DNA of 64,000 nucleotides from positions 415,586,001 through 415,650,000 of the forward strand of contig OZ024740.1 of NCBI GenBank assembly GCA_964016885.1, in the 5' to 3' direction. This document shows positions 1 to 11,500 of this stretch, piece after piece. This DNA comes from Eledone cirrhosa. Its lineage: Eukaryota. Below the pieces are notes generated by a model. It saw nothing but the letters and a program-made list of their open reading frames with translations. It was not told where the DNA came from and searched no databases. Position 1 is the stretch's first letter. Every line of letters begins with the position of its first letter. The translations under genes and the position numbers were made by a program.

Positions 1-3000
1 GAGGTTATGGACATATGTTGTGTATGGGGTTGACAGTAAATCAGATATAGTGTGTAAGAGACAACACTGTGGGTATGGACATATGTTGTGTATGGTGGTT
101 GACAGTGAATCAGATATAGTGTGTAAGAGAGAACACTGTGGCTATGGACATATGTTGTGTAAGGTGGTTGACAGTGAATCAGATATAGTGTGTAAGAGAG
201 AACACTGTGGGTATGGACATATGTTGTGTATGGGGGATGACAGTCAATCAGATATAGAGTGTAATGAGAACACTGTTGGTATGGACATATGTTGTGTATG
301 GGGGATGACAGTAAATCAGATATAGTGTGTAAGAGAGAACACTGTGGGTATGGACATATGTTGTGTATGGGGGATGACAGTGAATCAAATATAGTGTGTA
401 AGAGAGAACACTGTAGGTATGGACATATGTTGTATATGGGGGACGACAGTGAATCAGATATAGTGTGTAAGAGAGAACACTGTGGGTATGGACATATGTT
501 GTGTATGGGGGATGACAGTGAATCAAATATAGTGTGTAAGAGAGAACACTGTGGGTATGGATATATGTTGTATATGGGGGATGTCAGTGAATCAGATATA
601 GTGTGTAAGAGAGAACACTGTGGGTATGGACATATGTTGTGTATGGGGGAAGACAGTGAATCATATATAGAGTGTAAGAGAGAACACTGTGGGTATGGAC
701 ATATGTTGTGTATGGGGGATGACAGTGAATCAGATATAGAGTGTAAGAGAGAACACTGTGGGTATGGACATATGTTGTGTATGGGGGATGACAGTGAATC
801 AGATATTGTGTGTAAGAGAGAACACTGTGGGTATGGACATATGTTGTGTATGGGGCATGACAGTGAATCAGATATAGTATGTAAGAGAGAACACTGTGGC
901 TATGGACATATGTTGTGTATGGAGGATGACAGTAAATCAGATATAGTGTGTAAGAGACAACACTGTGGGTATGGACATATGTCGTGTATGGGGGATGACA
1001 GTGAATCAGATATAGTGTGTAAGAGAGAACACTCTGGGTATGGACATATGTTGTGTATGGGGGAAGACAGTGAATCATATATAGAGTGTAAGAGAGAACA
1101 CTGTGGGTATGGACATATGTTGTGTATGGGGGATGACAGTGAATCAGATATAGTGTGTAAGAGAGAACACTGTGGGTATGGACATATGTTGTGTATGGGG
1201 GAAGACAGTGAATCAGATATAGTGTGTAAGAGAGAACACTGTGGGTATGGACCTATGTTGTGTATGGGGGATGACAGTGAATCAGATATAGAGTGTAAGA
1301 GAGAACACTGTGGGTATGGACATATGTTGTGTATGGGGGATGACAGTGAATCAGATATAGTGTGTAAGAGAGAACACTCTGGGTATGGACATATGTTGTG
1401 TATGGGGGATGACAGTGAATCAGATATAGTGTGTAAGAGAGAACACTGTGGGTATGGACATATGTTGTGTATGGGGGATGACAGTGAATCAGATATAGTG
1501 TGTAAGAGAGAACACTCTGGGTATGGACATATGTTGTGTATGGGGGATGACAGTGAATCAGATATAGTGTGTAAGAGAGAACACTGTGGGTATGGACATA
1601 TGTTGTGTATGGGGGATGACAGTGAATCAGATATAGTGTGTAAGAGAGAACACTGTGGGTATGGACATATGTTGTGTATGGGGGATGACAGTGAATCAGA
1701 TATAGTGTGTAAGAGAGAACACTCTGGGTATGGACATATGTTGTGTATGGGGGAAGACAGTGAATCAGATATAGTGTGTAAGAGAGAACACTGTGGGTAT
1801 GGACCTATGTTGTGTATGGGGGATGACAGTGAATCAGATATAGAGTGTAAGAGAGAACACTGTGGGTATGGACATATGTTGTGTATGGGGGATGACAGTG
1901 AATCAGATATAGTGTGTAAGAGAGAACACTGTGGGTATGGACATATGTTGTGTATGGGGGATGACAGTGAATCAGATATAGTGTGTAAGAGAGAACACTC
2001 TGGGTATGGACATATGTTGTGTATGGGGGATGACAGTTAATCAGATATAGTGTGTAAGAGAGAACACTGTGGGTATGGACATATATTGTGTATGAGGGAT
2101 AACAGTGAATCAGATATAGTGTGTAAGAGAGAACACTGTGGGTATGGACATATGTTGTGTATGGGGGATGACAGGGAATCAGATATAGTGTGTAAGAGAG
2201 AACACTGTGGGTATGGACATATGTTGTGTATGGGGGATGACAGTGAATCAGATATAGTGTGTAAGAGAGAACACTGTGGGTATGGACATATGTTGTGTAT
2301 GGGGGATGACAGTGAATCAGATATAGAGTGTAAGAGAGAACACTGTGGGTATGGACATATGTTGTGTATGGGAGATGACAGTAAATAAGTTATAGTGTGT
2401 AAGAGAGAACACTGAGGGTATGGACATATGTTGTGTATGGGGTTGACAGTAAATCAGATATAGTGTGTAAGAGACAACACTGTGGGTATGGACATATGTT
2501 GTGTATGGTGGTTGACAGTGAATCAGATATAGTGTGTAAGAGAGAACACTGTGGCTATGGACATATGTTGTGTAAGGTGGTTGACAGTGAATCAGATATA
2601 GTGTGTAAGAGAGAACACTGTGGGTATGGACATATGTTGTGTATGGGGGATGACAGTCAATCAGATATAGAGTGTAATGAGAACACTGTTGGTATGGACA
2701 TATGTTGTGTATGGGGGATGACAGTAAATCAGATATAGTGTGTAAGAGAGAACACTGTGGGTATGGACATATGTTGTGTATGGGGGATGACAGTGAATCA
2801 AATATAGTGTGTAAGAGAGAACACTGTGGGTATGGACATATGTTGTATATGGGGGACGACAGTGAATCAGATATAGTGTGTAAGAGAGAACACTGTGGGT
2901 ATGGACATATGTTGTGTATGGGGGATGACAGTGAATCAAATATAGTGTGTAAGAGAGAACACTGTGGGTATGGATATATGTTGTATATGGGGGATGTCAG

Positions 3001-5990
3001 TGAATCAGATATAGTGTGTAAGAGAGAACACTGTGGGTATGGACATATGTTGTGTATGGGGGATGACAGTAAATCAGATATAGAGTGTAAGAGAGAACAC
3101 TGTGGGTATGGACATATGTTGTGTATGGGGGATGACAGTGAATCAGATATAGTGTGTAAGAGAGAACACTGTGGGTATGGACATATGTTGTGTATGGGGG
3201 ATGACAGTGAATCAGATATAGTATGTAAGAGAGAACACTGTGGGTATGGACATATGTTGTGTATGGGGGATGACAGTGAATCAAATATAGTGTGTAAGAG
3301 AGAACACTGTGGGTGTGGACATATGTTGTGTATGGGGGATGACAGTGAATCAGATATAGTGTGTAAGAGAGTACACTGTGGGTATGCACATATGTTGTGT
3401 ATGGGGGATGACAGTGGATCAAATATAGTGTGTAACAGAGAACACTGTGGGTATGGACATATGTTGTGTATGGGGGATGACAGTGAATCAGATATAGTGT
3501 GTAAGAGAGAACACTGTGGGTATGGACATATGTTGTGTATGGGGGATGACAGTGAATAAGATATAGTGTGTAAGAGAGAACACTGTGGGGATGGACATAT
3601 GTTGTGTATGGGGGATGACAGTGAATCAGATATAGTGTGTAAGAGAGAACACTGTGCGTATGGACATATGTTGTGTATGGGGATGACAGTGAATAAGATA
3701 TAGTGTGTAAGAGAGAACACTGTGGGTATGGACATATGTTGTGTATGGGGGATGACAGTGAATCAGATATAGTGTGTAAGAGAGAACACTGTGGGTATGG
3801 ACATATGTTGTGTATGGGGGATGACAGTGAATCAGATATAGTATGTAAGAGAGAACACTGTGGGTTTGGACATATGTTGTGTATGGGGGATGACAGTGAA
3901 TCAGATATAGTGTGTAAGAGAGAAAACTGTGGGTATGGACATATGTTGTGTATGGGGGATGACAGTAAATCAGATATAGAGTGTAAGAGAGAACACTGTG
4001 GGTATGGACATATGTTGTGTATGGGGGAAGACAGTGAATCAGATATAGTGTGTAAGAGTGAACACTGTCGGTATGGACATATGTTGTGTATGGGGGAAGA
4101 CAGTGAATCATATATAGAGTGTAAGAGAGAACACTGTGGGTATGGACATATGTTGTGTATGGGGGATGACAGTGAATCAGATATAGAGTGTAAGAGAGAA
4201 CACTGTGGGTATGGACATATGTTGTGTATGGGGGATGACAGTGAATCAGATATTGTGTGTAAGAGAGAACACTGTGGGTATGGACATATGTTGTGTATGG
4301 GGCATGACAGTGAATCAGATATAGTATGTAAGAGAGAACACTGTGGCTATGGACATATGTTGTGTATGGAGGATGACAGTAAATCAGATATAGAGTGTAA
4401 GAGAGAACACTGTGGGTATGGACATATGTTGTGTATGGGGGATGACAGTAAATCAGATATTGTGTGTAAGAGAGAACACTGTGGGTATGGAGATATGTTG
4501 TGTATGGGGGATGACAGTGAATCAGATATAGTATGTACGAGAGAACACTGTGGGTATGGACATATGTTGTGTATGGGGGATGACAGTTAATCAGATATAG
4601 TGTGTAAGAGAGAACACTGTGGGTATGGACATATATTGTGTATGAGGGATGACAGTGAATCAGATATAGTGTGTAAGAGAGAACACTGTGGGTATGGACA
4701 TATGTTGTGTATGGGGGATGACAGGGAATCAGATATAGTGTGTAAGAGAGAACACTGTGGGTATGGACATATGTTGTGTATGGGGGATGACAGTGAATCA
4801 GATATATTGTGTAAGAGAGAACACTGTGGGTATGGACATATGTTGTGTATGGGGGATGACAGTGAATCAGATATAGAGTGTAAGAGAGAACACTGTGGGT
4901 ATGGACATATGTTGTGTATGGGAGATGACAGTAAATAAGTTATAGTGTGTAAGAGAGAACACTGAGGGTATGGACATATGTTGTGTATGGGGGATGACAG
5001 TAAATCAGATATAGTGTGTAAGAGACAACACTGTGGGTATGGACATATGTTGTGTATGGTGGTTGACAGTGAATCAGATATAGTGTGTAAGAGAGAACAC
5101 TGTGGCTATGGACATATGTTGTGTAAGGTGGTTGACAGTGAATCAGATATAGTGTGTAAGAGAGAACACTGTGGGTATGGACATATGTTGTGTATGGGGG
5201 ATGACAGTCAATCAGATATAGAGTGTAAGGAGAACACTGTGGGTATGGACATATGTTGTGTATGGGGGATGACAGTAAATCAGATATAGTGTGTAAGAGA
5301 GAACACTGTGGGTATGGACATATGTTGTGTATGGGGGATGACAGTGAATCAAATATAGTGTGTAAGAGAGAACACTGTGGGTATGGACATATGTTGTATA
5401 TGGGGGACGACAGTGAATCAGATATAGTGTGTAAGAGAGAACACTGTGGGTATGGACATATGTTGTGTATGGGGGATGACAGTGAATCAAATATAGTGTG
5501 TAAGAGAGAACACTGTGGGTATGGATATATGTTGTATATGGGGGATGTCAGTGAATCAGATATAGTGTGTAAGAGAGAACACTGTGGGTATGGACATATG
5601 TTGTGTATGGGGGATGACAGTGAATCAGATATAGAGTGTAAGAGAGAACACTGTGGGTATGGACATATGTTGTGTATGGGGGATGACAGTGAATCAGATA
5701 TAGTGTGTAAGAGAGAACACTGTGGGTATGGACATATGTTGTGTATGGGGGATGACAGTGAATCAGATATAGTGTGTAAGAGAGAACACTGTGGGTATGG
5801 ACATATGTTGTGTATGGGGGATGACAGTGAATAAGATATAGTGTGTAAGAGAGAACACTGTGGGGATGGACATATGTTGTGTATGGGGGATGACAGTGAA
5901 TCAGATATAGTGTGTAAGAGAGAACACTGTGCGTATGGACATATGTTGTGTATGGGGATGACAGTGAATAAGATATAGTGTGTAAGAGAG
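1..5990. repeat. Higher-order block repeated about 2.5 times, periods 2413 bp (35 monomers) and ~2550 bp (37 monomers)
   Basis: Identical variant-defined ORFs at 20 and 2433 (offset 2413) and near-identical ones at 2050 and 4600 (offset 2550). They share a variant cassette (CACTGAGG, AGACAAC, GGTGGTTGAC, AAGGTGG, AGTCAATC). Intervening monomers differ between copies. Confidence 0.8.
1861..1929 (+). repeat. Representative consensus monomer (69 bp)
   Basis: Read directly. It contains the palindrome ACATATGT (1872-1879), direct repeat GTATGG x2 17 bp apart, a G5 tract (1887-1891), and ACAGTG (1895-1900) inverted to CACTGT (1927-1932). Confidence 0.98.
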
Positions 5991-6249
5991 AACACTGTGG
6001 GTATGGACATATGTTGTGTATGGGGGATGACAGTGAATCAGATATAGTGTGTAAGAGAGAACACTGTGGGTATGGACATATGTTGTGTATGGGGGATGAC
6101 AGTGAATCAGATATAGTATGTAAGAGAGAACACTGTGGGTTTGGACATATGTTGTGTATGGGGGATGACAGTGAATCAGATATAGTGTGTAAGAGAGAAC
6201 ACTGTGGGTATGGACATATGTTGTGTATGGGGGATGACAGTGAATCAGA

Positions 6250-8500
6250 TATAGTGTGTAAGAGAGAATACTGTTGGTATGGACATATGTTGTGTATTGG
6301 GGATGACAGTAAATCAGATATAGAGTGTAAGAGAGAACACTGTGTGTATGGACATATGTTGTGTATGGGGGATGACAGTGAAAATGATATAGTGTGTAAG
6401 AGAGAACACTGTGGGTATGGACATATGTTGTGTATGGGGGATGACAGTGAAAAAGATATAGTGTGTAAGAGAGAATACTGTGGGTATGGACATATGTTGT
6501 GTATGGGGGAAGACAGTGAATCAGATATAGTGTGTAAGAGTGACCACTGTGGGTATGGATATATGTTGTGTATGGAGGATGACAGTGAATCAGATATAGT
6601 ATGTAAGAGAGAACACTGTGGGTATGGACATATGTTGTGTATGGAGGAAGACAGTGAATCAGATATAGTGTGTAAGAGAGAACACTGTGGGTATGGACAT
6701 ATGTTGTGTATGGGGGATGACAGTGAATCAGATATAGTGTGTAAGAGAGAACACTGTGGGTATGGACATATGTTGTGTATGGGGGATGACAGTAAATCAG
6801 ATATAGAGTGTAAGAGAGAACCCTGTGGGTATGGACATATGTTGTGTATGGGGGATGACAGTGAATAACATATAGTGTGTAAGAGAGAACACTGTGGGTA
6901 TGGACATATGTTGTGTATGGGGGATGACAGTGAATCAGATATAGTGTGTAAGAGAGAACACTGTGGGTATGGACATATGTTGTGTATGGGGGATGACAGT
7001 AAATCAGATATAGAGTGTAAGAGAGAACACTGTGGGTATGGACATATGTTGTGTATGGGGGATGACAGTGAATAAGATATAGTGTGTAAGAGAGAACACT
7101 GTGGGTATGGACATATGTTGTGTATGGGGGATGACAGTGAATCAGATATAGTGTGTAAGAGAGAACACAGTGGGTATGGACATATGTTGTGTATGGGGGA
7201 TGACAGTGAATCAGATATAGTGTGTAAGAGAGAACACTGTGGGTATGGACATATGTTGTGTATGGGGGATGACAGTGAATCAGATATAGTGTGTAAGAGA
7301 GAACACTGTGGGTATGGACATATGTTGTGTATGGGGGAAGACAGTGAATCAGATATAGAGTGTAAGAGAGAACACTGTGGGTATGGACATATGTTGTGTA
7401 TGGGGGATGACAGTGAATCAGATATAGTGTGTAAGAGAGAACACTGTGGGTATGGACATATGTTGTGTATGGGGGATGACAGTGAATCAGATATAGTGTG
7501 TAAGAGAGAACACTGTGGGTATGGACATATGTTGTGTATGGGGGAAGACAGTGAATCTGATATAGAGTGTAAGAGAGAACACTGTGGGTATGGACATATG
7601 TTGTGTATAGGGGATGACAGTGAATCAGATATAGAGTGTAAGAGAGAACACTGTGGGTATGGACATATGTTGTGTAGGGGGGATGACAGTGAATCAGATA
7701 CAGTGTGTAAGAGAGAACACTGTGGCTATGGACATATGTTGTGTATGGGGGATGACAGTGAATCAGAAATAGTGTGTAAGAGAGAACACTGTGGGTATGG
7801 ACATATGTTGTGTATGGGGGATGACAGTGAATAAGATATAGTGTGTAAGAGAGAACACTGTTGGTATGGACATATGTTGTGTATTGGGGATGACAGTAAA
7901 TCAGATATAGAGTGTAAGAGAGAACACTGTGTGTATGGACATATGTTGTGTATGGGGGATGACAGTGAAAAAGATATAGTGTGTAAGAGAGAACACTGTG
8001 GGTATGGACATATGTTGTGTATGGGGGATGACAGTGAAAAAGATATAGTGTGTAAGAGAGAACACTGTGGGTATGGACATATGTTGTGTATGGGGGAAGA
8101 CAGTGACTCAGATATAGTGTGTAAGAGTGAACACTGTGGGTATGGATATATGTTGTGTATGGGGGATGACAGTGAATCAGATATAGTATGTAAGAGAGAA
8201 CACTGTGGGTATGGACATATGTTGTGTATGGAGGAAGACAGTGAATCAGATATAGTGTGTAAGAGAGAACACTGTGGGTATGGACATATGTTGTGTATGG
8301 GGGATGACTGTGAATCAGATATAGTGTGTAAGAGAGAACACTGTGGGTATGGACATATGTTGTGTATGGGGTATGACAGTAAATCAGATATAGAGTGTAA
8401 GAGAGAACACTGTGGGTATGGACATATGTTGTGTATGGGGGATGACAGTGAATAACATATAGTGTGTAAGAGAGAACACTGTGGGTATGGACATATGTTG
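6250..8500. repeat. Direct duplication of a ~9-monomer variant cassette, offset 1587 bp (23 monomers)
   Basis: The order TGTTGG/ATTGGGG, TGTGTG, GAAAA(T/A)GAT x2, AGTGA, GGAGGAAG, GAATAACAT occurs at ~6270-6870 and ~7860-8457. The matching stops lie at 6868 and 8455. Confidence 0.8.
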
Positions 8501-8519
8501 TGTATGGGGATGACAGTGA

Positions 8520-11500
8520 ATCAGATATAGTGTGTAAGAGAGAATACTGTGGGTATGGACATATGTTGTGTATGGGGGATGACAGTAAATCAGATATAGA
8601 GTGTAAGAGAGAACACTGTGGGTATGGACATATGTTGTGTATGGGGATGACAGTGAATAAGATATAGTGTGTAAGAGAGAACACTGTGGGGATGGACATA
8701 TGTTGTGTATGGGGGATGACAGTGAATCAGATATAGTGTGTAAGAGAGAACACTGTGGGTATGGACATATGTTGTGTATGGGGGATGACAGTGAATCAGA
8801 TATAGTATGTAAGAGAGAACACTGTGGGTTTGGACATATGTTGAGTATGGGGGATGACAGTGAATCAGATATAGTGTGTAAGAGAGAAAACTGTGGGTAT
8901 GGACATATGTTGTGTATGGGTGATGACAGTGAATCAGATATAGTGTGTAAGAGAGAACACTGTGGGTATGGACATATGTTGTGTATGGGGGAAGACAGTG
9001 AATCAGATATAGTGTGTAAGAGTGAACACTGTCGGTATGGACATATGTTGTGTATGGGGGAAGACAGTGAATCATATATAGAGTGTAAGAGAGAACACTG
9101 TGGGTATGGACATATGTTGTGTATGGGGGAAGACAGTGAATCAGATATAGTGTGTAAGAGTGAACACTGTCGGTATGGACATATGTTGTGTATGGGGGAA
9201 GACAGTGAATCATATATAGAGTGTAAGAGAGAACACTGTGGGTATGGACATATGTTGTGTATGGGGGATGACAGTGAATCAGATATAGAGTGTAAGAGAG
9301 AACACTGTGGGTATGGACATATGTTGTGTATGGGGGATGACAGTGAATCAGATATTGTGTGTAAGAGAGAACACTGTAGGTATGGACATATGTTGTGTAT
9401 GGGGCATGACAGTGAATCAGATATAGTATGTAAGAGAGAACACTGTGGCTATGGACATATGTTGTGTATGGGGGATGACAGTAAATCAGATATAGAGTGT
9501 AATAGAGAACATATGTTGTGTATGGGGGATGACAGTAAATCAGATATAGTGTGTAAGAGAGAACACTGTGGGTATGGACATATGTTGTGTATGGGGGATG
9601 ACAGTAAATCAGATATAGTGTGTAAGAGAGAACATATGTTGTGTATGGGGGATGACAGTAAATCAGATATAGTGTGTAAGAGAGAACACTGTGGGTATGG
9701 ACATATGTTGTGTATGGGGGATGACAGTGAATCAGATATAGTGTGTAAGAGAGAACACTGTGGGTATGGACATATGTTGTGTATGGGGGATGACAGTAAA
9801 TCAGATATTGTGTGTAAGAGAGAACACTGTGGGTATGGACATATGTTGTGTATGGGGGATGACAGTGAATCAGATATTGTGTGTAAGAGAGAACACTGTG
9901 GGTATGGACATATGTTGTGTATGGGGGATGACAGTGAATCAGATATTGTGTGTAAGAGAGAACACTGTGGGTATGGACATATGTTGTGTATGGGGGATGA
10001 CAGTGAATCAGATATAGTATGTACGAGAGAACACTGTGGGTATGGACATATGTTGTGTATGGGGGATGACAGTAAATCAGATATAGAGTGTAAGAGAGAA
10101 CACTGTGGGTATGTACATATGTTGTGTATGGGGGATGACAGTAATTCAGATATAGAGTGTAAGAGAGAACACTGTGGGTATGGACATATGTTGTGTATAG
10201 GGGATGACAGTGAATCAGATATAGTGTGTAAGAGAGAACACTGTGGGTATGGACATATGTTGTGTATGGGGGATGACAGTGAATCAGATATAGTGTGTAA
10301 GAGAGAACACTGTGGGTATGGACATATGTTGTGTATGGGGGATGAGAGTAAATCAGATATAGAGTGTAAGAGAGAACACTGTGGGTATGTACATATGTTG
10401 TGTATGGGGGATGACAGTGAATCAGATATAGTGTGTAAGAGAGAACACTGTGGGTATGGACATATGTTGTGTATGGGGGATGACAGTAATTCAGATATAG
10501 AGTGTAAGAGAGAACACTGTGGGTATGGACATATGTCGTGTATGGGGGATGACAGTGAATCAGATATAGTGTGTAAGAGAGAACACTGTGGGTATGTACA
10601 TATGTTGTGTATGGGGGAAGACAGTGAATCAGATATAGAGTGTAAGAGAGAACACTGTGGGTATGGACATATGTTGTGTATGGGGGATGACAGTAATTCA
10701 GATATAGAGTGTAAGAGAGAACACTGTGGGTATGGACATATGTCGTGTATGGGGGATGACAGTGAATCAGATATAGTGTGTAAGAGAGAACACTGTGGGT
10801 ATGGACATATGTTGTGTATGGGGGATGACAATGAATCAGATATAGTGTGTAAGAGAGAACACTGTGGGTATGGACATATGTTGTGTATGGGGGATGACAG
10901 TAAATCAGATATAGAGTGTAAGAGAGAACACTGTGGGTATGTACATATGTTGTGTATGGGGGATGACAGTAATTCAGATATAGAGTGTAAGACAGAACAC
11001 TGTGGGTATGGACATATGTTGTGTATGGGGGATGACAGTGAATCAGATATAGTGTGTAAGCGAGAACACTGTGGGTATGGACATATGTTGTGTATGGGGG
11101 AAGACAGTGAATCAGATATAGTGTGTAAGAGAGAACACTGTGGGTATGGACATATGTTGTGTATGGGGGATGACAGTGAATCAGATATAGTGTGTAAGAG
11201 AGAACACTGTGGGTATGGACATATGTTGTGTATGGGGGATGACAGTGAATCAGATATAGTGTGTAAGAGAGAACACTCTGGGTATGGACATATGTTGTGT
11301 ATGGGGGAAGAGAGTGAATCAGATATAGTGTGTAAGAGAGAACACTGTGGGTATGGACATATGTTGTGTATGGGGGATGACAGTGAATCAGATATAGAGT
11401 GTAAGAGAGAACACTGTGGGTATGGACATATGTTGTGTATGGGGGATGACAGTGAATCAGATATAGTGTGTAAGAGAGAACACTGTGGGTATGGACATAT

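Noticed and set aside
1861-1998. Canonical G-quadruplex array or telomeric repeat
   Set aside because: There are only two runs of 3 or more G per 69 bp, separated by 20 and 41 nt, far beyond canonical loop lengths. No TTAGGG-type repeat is present.
289-2040. Tandem C2H2 zinc-finger or metallothionein gene
   Set aside because: Cys/His spacing (C-x3-H-C-x3-H-x2-C, 23-aa period) does not fit C-x2-4-C-x12-H-x3-5-H with a TGEKP linker. Cys and His codons are themselves mutated among copies.
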